From positions 496,001 to 560,000 of the forward strand of contig NW_027191415.1 of assembly GCF_041146345.1 (NCBI RefSeq): 64,000 bases of DNA, in the 5' to 3' direction. Origin of the DNA: Neodothiora populina. Taxonomy: Eukaryota. A program made the position numbers and the translations under genes. The first letter of the stretch is position 1. Each line of letters opens with the position of its first letter. The notes below the pieces were generated by a model, which was not told where the DNA came from, did not search any database, and saw only the letters and a program-made list of their open reading frames with translations. Of this stretch, positions 46,862 through 58,093 are shown piece by piece.

Positions 46862-49800
46862 CTACGCTGGGAGCCCGCAATGGACACAACATAGCTTTGT
46901 TTGTCCGTCTCTGCTCTTTCGAACCTTGAAGCTATTACTGCTGCAGTTCCTGCATACAATCTCTGAATTCGATCCGCGGTGCTGGAGATCGTGCGCGTCT
47001 TGTTCATAGTCTCCCATGGGTTCATGATGGTCGTTGTGGGCATGTTGGTGGGGGTGCGGTTCATCCAAGGCATCTACGAACTCGTCGCCACTACTACCGC
47101 TACCCGAAAAGTCACTTCGCTCTATGCTTAGAGTCGAGACTTTGCTTGCCGCACTTGGCGTTCTTGACAACGCATTGGGCATCAGACCAGGGCTCGTTGC
47201 GGCCCTGCCTCTGTTGTGGCCATGCTGCGAGTCATTGCTGTGGTTATTATGATGCAGTATCGCCGAGTTCTTTGCTAGCTTCCACCACAAGGCAGAGTGG
47301 TCGCCATGCAAGCCCAAGGGGTTGGGGTCGTCCGCTTGTAAGTTATGCAGGTATGGATTCGATTGGGAAGTTGGCGTAGGTGGTTGAGATGTCTGCTTCG
47401 GTGCTTCAAACTGCTTTGTTGCCGTTCTCCCGGGCGCTGTCTTGGGGGGAGAAGAGGTACTGCTACCTTTAGTGCCGTTCGGGAGCGGATGGTGAGCCAT
47501 TGCGGATCTCGCAGTCTCGGGCCTTCCTGGGGTTTTGTTTGATCGTACAGATAATTGACTGCTGCTTTTCCTTGGACTTGTGTTCCCCCCGTTCTTACCA
47601 CTCTTCATCGACGATCCAGCAACGCTCGGTGTAGAAGTGATGCCCTGTCTCCAAGACAAGATCCTTTCACTAGGTGCTTGTGTTTTGACCGAGCCTTGAG
47701 CACTTCGCAGACTCCTACTGCTGCCCTTAGTGGCAATAGAAGCGGTCCTTCGGAGCGATTTTTTGGTGAAGATGGATGAAGTGTCCCAATTATCCTTTGT
47801 TCGTTTAGCCCAAGCACAATCCTGGCGGAAGACTTTGATGCGTCCTTCGAAATCGGCTGTGACGATGATATTGCCGTTCTTGTGAGATGCGCGTGCGAGG
47901 TAAGACGGCGATTCCTCTGGCCGTTTGTATCTCGCTTCGGATGCCGGCGGAGAGCCACCGTCCTCCGTTGGCGCTCTCGATGAATGCCGTGATCCGGCGT
48001 GCTCTTCTTCCCTGCTTAGGAGGGTGACTGGCGGCGGGTTGCATATGTCATACATGGGATCTCCAGATCTCCCGAGAAGCTGTCGCGTTTTGGTGGGTGC
48101 GAAAGCGACGCAGGTTGTTGTTGTGTCGCTGACTGTGAAATATTCCATAGGTCGCTGATGGTTCTTCTCGCCATCTTCCACGTTCAGGGTCCAGATGTAG
48201 GCCTTGCTGTCTTCACTGCCGCAGGCAATGTAGCGCGCATCGTCACTGAAGGAAGCGCGAATCTGACTGTTGTCGTTGATGTGACCCTTGAACTTGATTT
48301 CGAGGGATTTGTCGCGAAGGTTGTAGAGCCTTATTCGCGAGTCGTTGCTTGTGATGAGGAGCTTGGTGACTCTATTACTACTGTTCGGCGGATAATTGAT
48401 GGCTTGTATTTTGGTGATCTTACTGCCCTTGGCGTTCTTGCCTCGTGCGGACCGCACGTGTATCTGTGTCTGATACTTCAGACCCTCGGTTTCGTAGAAC
48501 ATACAGACGCCATTAAGACAGCCACCTATTGCATATTTCCCGTCGGGCGTGAACTCTACTGCAGTAATCATATCACTGAGATTATTCCAATACGCCACGG
48601 TCTTGTCAGGGATACTCCACAGCCGCAGCTTGGCGTCCAGCGAGCCAGCCAGAAAGAACCTGTCGTCCGACGGATGAAAAGCAATTGACGTAACGAAGTC
48701 ATTATGCTTGAATGTACATAGACACTCATCTCTGCTGACATGCCACAGCCGTACGGTCTTGTCCATGGACGATGAGAGGAGAAAATTGTTCTGTGTGAGA
48801 CGGTAAGCACTGGACGCATCATATCATGAGACAGGATCGCATCCACATACCTTGCTCCAGCTCAGATCTAGCACGGACCCTGTGTGTCCTTCGAACTCGC
48901 GGACGGGATGATTTCGGAAGACAGGAGCGCTGAGTCGCGTGTGCCTAGCATGCGAGTGATCAGAGCCACTATCGTCCATGGAGGTACGTCGCTCTCCGGG
49001 GTGGGAGATGACGGCCCATATGCGAACAATCTTATCATGACCAGCGGCTGCCAAATACTTGCCGTCTCTGCTGAATTGCATAGCCCAGATAGTATCGGGA
49101 GTCTCGGTAGGTCTGGCGCGAGAGAAAGAGCGACGACTTCGTACACTTCTGATACTTTTTGCATCGTCTTGCTTGTCCGGCTTTTTGGATCCTTGAAGCT
49201 CTTGCGCGAGAAAGACACGATCAAAGTCGCGTTCCTTCTTGTACTTTGACCTTACTCTTATGTATGCCGGGGGTTGAGCATGCCTTGGTTCATACCCGAT
49301 GTTATTTATCGGCTGGGAGAAGACCTCTGCCTCCATACCTTCCGGACGTAGATCGGATTGGGCGTCGGAAAAGTTGCTCGAGGCGTCATCGTCTGTGTCT
49401 CTCTTTTTAGTTCGATCGATGATGCGACTGAGAAATGCAACACCCTTTTTTTTCTCTTTCGACGCAACGCTCAGTACGGTATCCGCACGGCTAGTGAGAT
49501 GATGATGACGAGGAGGCGCAGCATTACTTTCGGCCCTGTCATCGGCCTGCTTGTCGTCGGAGGTGTTCGAGCCTCCAGAGTTGCCAGACGTGGTAGGTCG
49601 CAACAAGCTCGGTGGGTTGTTTTGCGGGAATGTGGTCCGTCGGATGATGTACTAGACGAAGTGACAAATGTGTCAGCCAGCATTCTTTACATGCCTCCCG
49701 CCTTGCTCGGGGCAAACGGCAGCGACGTACTTGGGATAAAGGATCGATCTGAGAACTCTGTGCATCAGGGGACGTTGTTCTGTTCTCGATGTACGTCTGT

Positions 49801-50346
49801 TGTTGCGCTAAGGGAGGTGGCGGTGACGACGTTGATTTGGTAGGCGCATTCTGTTGCTGCTGTTGCTGCTGTTGTTGTTGTCCTTGTAGTTGGTTCGTCA
49901 CGGTACCGGATAATGAGCGTAATAGTTTAGCGGGTGAAGAGACTACGCCGCCACTGGATGAATTCGGCCTGCCTGTGTAACAAAGCGTCAGCTCTCAAGC
50001 ATCTACTATACATGGCCATTCCGAGTCGCCGTCATCCTTGGCTCCCTTTTGTTTTCCTCTTTCTCATGTTCGCTCCTCTTCACGCATCAACTCATCGCGC
50101 CAGCCGTTGAATGCGACCGCCTTCGAGTTGCAATCCAAGACTCGGCCACATACAAGCCCTCCACCAGAAAGATATGCGCTTTTCACTAGGGAGCATTGTC
50201 ATACCGTCACTCGGCGATGCGCTCCGCGACGCAGTAGTCTCGGATGCATTGGAGGTGAACAGGGTCTGCGCGACCGGTGGACTCTGCGGTGTCGTGTCCC
50301 GGCTCTGAGGGTCAGTGACCCGGATAGCAGGTATTCTCTCCGCCAT
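46862..50346 (-). CDS. WD40-repeat protein, WDR44/Dgr2-like; 4 exons (introns about 49973-50204, 49652-49730, 48791-48850)
   Basis: FDRVFLAQEL, IWAMQFSRDGKYLAAAG, FEGHTGSVLDLSWSK|NNFLLSSSMDKTVRLWH, HNDFVTSIAFHPSDDRFFLAGSLD and LLITSNDSRIRLY. C-terminal CxxC..CxxC. Confidence 0.9.
49850..49880 (-). repeat. CAA/CAG microsatellite encoding poly-Gln in exon 2 of the WD40 gene
   Basis: Translates as QQQQQQQQQQ. Confidence 0.85.
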
Positions 50347-51372
50347 TGTGTCGCCGCCGCAATAATGCGCGCCGGGTCGCTTGTTCCGTCCTGTTCCTTG
50401 TGGCCTTCTGTCTCCTCTTTCTGATTTCTCGGCTTCGTCTCCGGCTACTTGTACGTCTCCTCCTCGATGCGCATACAAAGGAAAAGAAGAGGTAAGAGGA
50501 TCAGCCCCGAGCTGCCATGAGACCGGGATACCGTTGTCCTATTGTAGCGGATGAATGCGGATGGTTACTGGGTTTCGGCGGGAAGGGTAGACTCGAGCGA
50601 GGTTAGTGGTTGTTCAGAGAGGCTCGTGACTTCGCGGTGAGCCATTGGAAAGGGCCACCATCACTGCGAGTGCTGAGATGGCGTTTGATGCAAATAATGA
50701 GGCGGCATGGCCGTGGTTCAAGCGGCCAGATGTGTCTCTGGTGTATTAATGGAGTGGTCACTGAGGTGGCCTAAGGTTACCATTCACCCACCCACACACA
50801 CTTGACCCTTGGACCCTTGAGCTCGACTTTCTTCTCCCGTTTATGACGACGTCATGCTCATGCAGTCCGTGCATACCGTACCTTGAACTTCGCTGGCCGA
50901 CAGAGTCGGACCCTGAAGCAGATCAAAGTCACTTGTGGTCGACGTCTAGGTACTCGTCAGATCGTCGTCGTCGTCGTCGTGTTGATGGTGGTGGTGGTGG
51001 TGCTTGTGAGGAAATAAGATATATTGAGCAAGGGTTGAGTATCTTAATATGCACCGAGATGGGGTGAGGTGACACGATGAGACGGCATACGGCACTTCCT
51101 TCAGTCTAAACATCTTTCATTGATTGAGCTGCGTTGAGCATAAAGTACATAATCTAACCTAAGTGATGATGATAATTTGCCGGTCTAGCCGGTTTTCGTG
51201 GGTCGAGGCACCCGCTCTCTGTAAGCCTATCCTCCCAAAGGGAATGATCCTCCTGATATCCGAAACCGCACCTGAACGCCCCGTCATGCAGAAGACGCTG
51301 TTACTGCTTACCATTACTCCAAAACCCAACAAGAATCCAAAGATGCCACATTGGCCGCGCCTGTCTTGACGA

Positions 51373-52794
51373 CTAAAAGTCCTCGTCAAAGGCAAAGTCA
51401 CCGGTGACAGCATTCGCGGCCGCCGCTGCCGCAGTGGTGCCGTCCTTCTTGTCGGCCATCTTCTTTGCGCTGTTCATGACACCGGCCTTCTGGTAGTCGC
51501 CGACTCTCTTCTCGAAGAAGTTGGTCTTGCCAGCAAGAGAGATGTTCTCCATGAAGTCGAAGGGGTTGGTCGAGTTGTAGTGCTTGGCGCAGCCGAGAGC
51601 GAGCAGCAGACGGTCAGCGACAAACTCGATGTACTGGCACATGAGCTTGGCGTTCATGCCCAGTAGTGCGCAGGGAAGAGCGTCGCTCAAGAACTCCTGC
51701 TCAATCGCCACTGCCTGTGTGATGATGGCGTTGACGAGCTTCTCCTCGGGCTTGTGCTTGAGGTGTTGCACCAGCAGACAAGCAAAGTCCGTGTGCATGC
51801 CCTCGTCACGAGAGATGAGCTCGTTGGAGAAGGTCAGACCAGGCATCAGACCACGCTTCTTGAGCCAGAAGATGGAAGCGAATGATCCACTGAAGAAGAT
51901 ACCCTCGACGGCGGCGAAAGCGACGAGACGAAGGGCGAACGTCGAGTTCTTGTCAGAGATCCATCTGAGAGCCCAGTCGGCCTTTCTCTTGATGCAAGGA
52001 ACTTTGACATGAGATTAGTATATGATGTGATGATGTAATGATTAAGCAAAACTTACTTGTGTCAATGGCGTTGAAGAGGTAGCTGCGCTGTCTTGGCTCG
52101 CTGATGTATGTGTCGATGAGCAATGAGTAGGTCTCCGAGTGGATGTTCTCCATCATGATCTGGAAACCGTAGAAGCATCGTGCCTCGGGGATCTGAACCT
52201 CTCCGCTGAAACGCTCGACGAGGTTCTCGTTGACGATACCGTCAGACGCGGCGAAGAAGGCAAGAACGTGAGAGATGAAGAAGCGCTCGTCGTCATTGAG
52301 GCGCTTGTTCCAGTCGTGAAGATCCTTTGAGAGATCAATCTCCTCTGCCGTCCAGAATGATGCCTCGGCCTTCTTGTACATGTTCCAGATCTGGGTACTT
52401 TATTAGTGTCATCTTCGACGCGTCACGCACGCGTTTTCTTCGTTTTTCGCGTACCTCGTGATACTTGATGGGGAAAAGGACGAATCGCTGAGGGTTCTCT
52501 TGGAGAATTGGCTCGTCGGCTTCTTCGTCCTTGATTGTGGCGGCGGTTGATGGTTGAGCAGGCTCGACCTTGGGCTGGTAGTCCTCCGGAATGCCCTTGA
52601 CAGGGACGGCGACGTCGTCGCTGACGTTCTCCTTCTCTTCCTGGACGAAGACGGGCTTCTTGATCGGAGACTCCATCTTGAAGTTCTCAATGGCTTCGGC
52701 AGCCTGCAGTGACGCGTTAGTACGCGATATAAAGAAAATCTTTCGGGGGACAAAGAGCGCGAACCTTCTTCGACGGCGTCACCTGGACAGACAT
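51373..52794 (-). CDS. RNR2: Ribonucleotide reductase small subunit; introns 52704-52764, 52391-52454, 52002-52056
   Basis: [85 protein letters not shown] and FAFDEDF. Confidence 0.97.
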
Positions 52795-52948
52795 TGTGTG
52801 GCGAATGGGAGTGTAGAGGGTGTATTATGAGAGTCTCCGACGAATTGAAGAGATGTAGAGTCAGGAGGAGCAGTAGATTCAGAGGCTCTTGATGGTATGT
52901 GTAGTGATGGTGTAGAAGAGCTGGGATGCGAGCATTTAAGGTCGCGCA

Positions 52949-53523
52949 ACGCGTCGAAAGACCAATTAGCGCTTAGACCATCGCATGTTATGTCACGACG
53001 CCAGCCAAGACCAGCCTCGAATTTGCAGGACACGCTATCGGACCTTATTCTCCATGGCTATGGAACACCGCTTGGAGAAGGAACAGGACAATATCATGTT
53101 CAAATGATTCGTTTGAGAAGTTGTTGATGTGAAACAACAGCTCGGATTTTCAACAGGAACACAGGCATCGAATTATAGCACTTTGAAAGCTGTTATTGGC
53201 TCACATTTACAATATCCGACATGCAGCACGCCTCGACGAGGGTGCCGCATAGCCCAGGGCGGAAGTCTATAGCACGTCCATCCCTACCATCGCGTACGCA
53301 TAGACTCACAACAACGCGCTCCTCCAACGCGTTCAGCTGTCTCATCTCGTTCCACCATCTCGTGCTACTGTCTGTTTCCCCGAGGCCGAATATCCAATTC
53401 CGTGTCCGAAGCGGCTATTGTCGATTCAATGATCGAATCATTACCTTATCAATCTGCATCTATCCGGCCCTAAACATATCCATGGTGAAAATATGCTCTA
53501 GGCTCCTTCGTGTATCCACGCGT
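52949..53523. promoter_or_regulatory. MCB elements (ACGCGT) upstream of RNR2 at 52949, 53327 and 53518
   Basis: Exact ACGCGT hexamers. MBF control of RNR genes through MCB elements is established in yeasts. Confidence 0.55.
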
Positions 53524-54641
53524 TACTGAGGCAGCCTCTAGGCACGTCCGCTTCATGGGTCTATGCCTTTTGCTGCTCACTTGGCGGCAGTCCACCTTTG
53601 AAGAGTCGTTGGCATGGGGAGCAGTCGAGTACGTTTCACAAGTGAGTTCGAACTTTGATGTATACCAATTTCGTCCTCTAGTGTCTATGTGTTCGCCATT
53701 TGCTCTGACCTATCTGACTTCGACCAAGCCGCGTTGTGAAGAGACCAGCCATGTATCGACATCAAGGTTACTTGATCAGACCCTGGGATCTTCTACCTGA
53801 CTACCGTAGTGATGGTCCACCTCGTTGTATCCTAATCTGACCGTTTGCCGTCATCGGCTGCTGGTGGTCGTGTAAGAGCTGTACACACCCTACTCAGGCT
53901 CCGAAGCTCGCTCTCTGATGTTGTCACTGCTATGTCGATATCTTCCACTCAAACCTTGCAAAGAAAAAACACCACCGGGAACGGGCAATAAGCTCTTCCT
54001 GTCCCAATCTACTAAAGATAATCTTGTCTCCTCAGACAATGTCATTGCTAGCTGGGACGTCGTGTATCTACGTGTAGTTGTGTGCTGTATCATGTTCGAC
54101 AAGGGGTTGTTATTTTGGACTCCATGTGCGAGTGAGACTACCCTGGTCGATAAGCAATACATTCTGCGAGTAGGCATGCACTACTTGGAAGTCGAGGGAA
54201 ATCGAAACTTGACCGGCACGTAAAAATTGGGACAGGACCACTCTGCGAAGCCATGGTTCATCAAGGCAATATTCGCAGGATTCTATCGATATTCACATCG
54301 AGGTTATGCAAGGCTCTACATTGATGTGCTTCTCGTGATGCGAACAATCTCCTGTACTTTGTCCCAGTAATTTTCATAAAATCAATAATTAAGCTGAAGT
54401 CTAGGTACTATTATCGTACGCCAAGCCTTGACAAGCGAGGCACTCTGGTATGGTACAAGTACAAGTACATGTCCACTCCCTCGGTTCGTTTACATTGCAC
54501 TGGAACACGAGACGATACCACCACATAATGCAGCAGCTTTTCTGCAAAAAGAAAGTGGACAAATGTCTACGTCTGGCGATCGAGCCATAAGCATGACGAA
54601 TCTCCAAAAGAACATGGAAGACGTTGCACAAGCAAAAAGAT

Positions 54642-54752
54642 CGACACTGACAGGACTCGAACCTGTGCACCCGAAAGTATCAGATAACTATTTCCCAGGA
54701 GGTGAACCTCCGAGTTTCGAGTCTGACGCGTTAACCACTCCGCCACAGTGCC
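54642..54752 (-). tRNA. tRNA-Ser(CGA) with a 30-nt intron (54686-54715)
   Basis: Acceptor stem GGCACTG/CAGTGTC with discriminator G; D-loop GGAGTGGTTAA; anticodon arm TCAGA-CT-CGA-A^A-TCTGA; long variable arm; T-arm ACAGG-TTCGAGT-CCTGT; TTTTT Pol III terminator just downstream. Confidence 0.95.
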
Positions 54753-54952
54753 AACAACGTTGAAATTCAACGTTTTTTGATCAAGAATATATCTTTGCGG
54801 CAACCGGCGCCGAACACTCCGCTACGCCGATAAAAGGTGTTTATTCCTCTTATCGCCGACCTCGAATTCAACCTGCATTGCATCATCAGCCAATCGCCGA
54901 CATCTACAGAGACCAATTGATCTCTACACTCAAACAGCGTTGATCAGTCGCC

Positions 54953-55900
54953 ATGTCACCAAGAGCGTCCTCAGCAACTCAAGGCATCCTGCACCACATC
55001 CCCCCAGTCAGCGTCTTCGAGCCAACCACAGCAGCCACAAACACCACCACCACCACCCCACCACCGAACCTACTCCTCTGGATCGGCGGCCTCTTCGACA
55101 CCTACCACAATGTAGAATACCCCTTCACACTCGCCTCGCGCCTACCCACGGACTGGAGCCTAGCGCAGACCAGTCTCAGCAGCGCAGGCATAGGCTGGGG
55201 CACCTCGTCGCTAGACCGCGACGTCGCCGAGATCTCCTCTATAGTGTCATACTTCCGGCGCGGGGGCCGCAGCAAGGTCGTGCTCATGGGCCATTCGACG
55301 GGCTGTCAGGACTCGCTGCATTATCTGTGCAGTAGTAGCCACACCGCCACAACCACCAAGCCTCCAATGGCGAAAGTCGACGGCGTCATCTTGCAAGCTC
55401 CTGTCTCTGACGCCGAGGCCTTGGTCATGGAAATGGGCGCCGAGAAACTCGCCATGGTCAATTCCCTGGCGCAGCACTTTATGTCCACGGGTCGAGGCGA
55501 GGACTGTCTGCCTCAGTCGGAGGCGGCGGGGATATTTGGGCAGTGTCCCGTCAGCGCTCGCAGATGGCTCAGTCTGTCGAGCCCCGACGGGAAGGGCCAG
55601 GACGATTATTTCTCTTCGTATCTTTCTGACGAGCGACTGAAGGCTACGTTTGGCAAGGTTGATGTGCCGTTCTTGATACTCGAGGGCGAAAAGGATGAGT
55701 TTGTCCCTGAGCATGTGGATAGGAAGGCTATGCTTGCTAGATGGATCAAGGTCATGAAGGACAACAAGTGTCCTGTTGATGCTGGAAGTGAGGAGTTGCT
55801 GGCTGGTGCTACTCATAACCTCAATGGTGATCCTGATACCGTTGTCGATGGATTATGTGAAAGGGTGATTGCCTTTTTGCAGAATGGACTATCGTCTTGA
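54953..55900 (+). CDS. DUF1749 alpha/beta hydrolase (family that includes fusarinine C esterase SidJ)
   Basis: LLWIGGLFD, SSLDRDVAEI, GHSTGCQD nucleophile elbow, ILQAPVSD, DDYFSS, DEFVP and GATH. Confidence 0.88.
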   Translation: MSPRASSATQGILHHIPPVSVFEPTTAATNTTTTTPPPNLLLWIGGLFDTYHNVEYPFTLASRLPTDWSLAQTSLSSAGIGWGTSSLDRDVAEISSIVSYFRRGGRSKVVLMGHSTGCQDSLHYLCSSSHTATTTKPPMAKVDGVILQAPVSDAEALVMEMGAEKLAMVNSLAQHFMSTGRGEDCLPQSEAAGIFGQCPVSARRWLSLSSPDGKGQDDYFSSYLSDERLKATFGKVDVPFLILEGEKDEFVPEHVDRKAMLARWIKVMKDNKCPVDAGSEELLAGATHNLNGDPDTVVDGLCERVIAFLQNGLSS

Positions 55901-56187
55901 AAGGTACGAAGAGGCACAGCCTTGTAGATAAACCCTTCTTCGGTATCCATCTGGCATGGAGATAAATCACGAGGGGATAATGAGTGAATAGAGCCGTGGT
56001 GTGGGCAATTCACTTTGTACATCTGGAGCAGCTTATATACAGAGCAAGGGATTAGATATGATTGAGCCCTAGATCATCACAAGATACGCCAGAGATCTAG
56101 AGTGCTCATCGTCACGCAATACAGCGTCGCAATTTCCTCCCAGTGCGACAGCATGAGTAATGCCGTCCCATGACATAGCCTTATGCA

Positions 56188-58093
56188 CTATCTAGTGCCT
56201 TCTGCCAAACCTGACAAGAACTTCGATAAACCATAAGCGCCAGGGTCAGGAACCTGCTGATACCTAGAATTACCACGTTAGCATGCTCATGTTCATATTA
56301 CTTGGTATTGAAAAAGATAGTGCACTTGCCCCTCGCCACCAACGTACACAGTACGGCCGAGAGATGCCTTCATGCCTTTGGTGTGATCGGCGCCCTCTTG
56401 TGCCGCCTCGGCTGCCTTCTTCAGGTCTCCCGACGTCTTGAGAGTCTCGACGAATGGCGCTAGTGCGTCGACAAGCGTTCGGTCACCAGGCTTCGCCGGC
56501 GTATATTTGCCCATGCTTTCCAGCGCAAAGGCTGCAGCTTTGCCCCAGATAGCTGTGTTGACTTTCTGCTCGCCACTATTGCTCTGCGATCGAAGACCAG
56601 TTGCAAGGGCGTTGAGGAAAATGGCGTAGATAGCTCCACTTGTACCATCCATGTTGACCTCAACACTACCAATGATGCGGTCCAGGAAGATCGCAGCGTC
56701 GGAAGTAGAAAGCTTGTCACCGGAGATGAGGTCGAGGATCCCTTCAGCGCCACGACGGAGTCCGATTCCACAGTCGCCATCGCCGACGATGGTGTCGTAG
56801 TGGGTGATGTCTGGTTCGGCAGCAACAACTCTCTCGAGTGCGGTCTTTAGAACATTGTTCGCAACGCTTGGGTCCACTGAAAAGCATCGTTAGTACTACT
56901 ACACCACGTGAAGAGAGCGTAGGCATACTTGTGAGATTGCTTGGCTTCGATTCCTGATCGTCGCCATCCCCATCTTCCCGAGTCTTGTCTGACCTTGTCT
57001 CCCAGGATTTGGTGCTGACAGCTGCTGACCAACCTGTCGCCTCCGCAGGTGCATCCAAAAGTTGCAGCATACTGTGCTTCAACCCCGTATCGGCCAACCT
57101 TAGCACTGAAATGCTGAACCCAAGCATATTGAGGCTGGTCATGTAGGTTCCACTCAGGACCCTCGCAGGTTTGATGTTGTAGTCCGCAGAGAGCTGAGCC
57201 AGCACTTCATCAGTGATGCCGCCCATCTCAAGCACGCTGAGCCCGCCGAGGTTGTTGACCAACACAACAGTTTGATCATCCTTCTTAATGTCAAGGAATC
57301 CCCTCTCTTTATCCGTAGTGTCAAGCATATACTTGAGCATGGTTTTCACCGTTCCTTTCAGGTCGGTTTTACTTCGTGTCACACCAGCCTCGTTGTGGAT
57401 GCCCATACCAATTTCTGCCTCCTCAAATGCTAGCTCCCCCTCATCACTCTCGCTGCCCACTTTACGGCCTGGCACATGGACGTGGGCCAGCGAAGAGCCG
57501 ATGCTCACGACATTGTTGGCTACCAGGCTCGCAACAGAATGAACATCTTTCAGCTCAGCTCCTGTTGCTGCTAGTGCGCCAGCGATCTTTTGTACAAGCA
57601 CTGTTCCGGCGATACCTCTTCTTCCTACTTTACCGCCTCTGCTCCTTTCCACACCAGCATCATCGCCTACGACCACCATGGCAACGTTCTTCCCGCTGGC
57701 CTTTGCTTTTTCGACTGCCATGCCGAAGTTCAAAACATCACCTGTGTAGTTCATGACCACGACCAGAACACCTTTCGTGCTGTCTACTCGTCTCTGAATG
57801 CATCTTCGCACTTGTTCGGCAGAAGGAGAGGCGAAGATTGTTCCCGAGACTGCGCCAGCGAGAAGACCATGACCAACGAAGGCAGAGAAAGAGGGTTCGT
57901 GGCCTGCGCCACCACCACTGACGATGCTGACTTGTGAGGTACCGTTAGGACGAGTGTAGACAACTTTGTTCTCCTCATCAAGAGCGACATTGGGATTTGT
58001 TCGAGTCAATGCCTTCAACGCAGCCACTACGAGAGAGGAAGGATCGTTGATGAAATGTTTGGCTGCAGGGTTGTACACCGTAATATTAGACAT
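56188..58093 (-). CDS. DAK1: Dihydroxyacetone kinase (Dak1 + Dak2 domains); introns 56877-56928 and 56264-56329 (GC-AG)
   Basis: SGGGAGHEP, NYTGDVLNFG, GRRGIAG, GMGIHNEAG, GDGDCG, MDGTSG, GDRTLVDAL and VPDPGAYG. Confidence 0.93.

Noticed and set aside
53221..54400. Short ORFs between RNR2 and the tRNA
   Set aside because: No recognisable domain, and no LTR or integrase signature despite being next to a tRNA.
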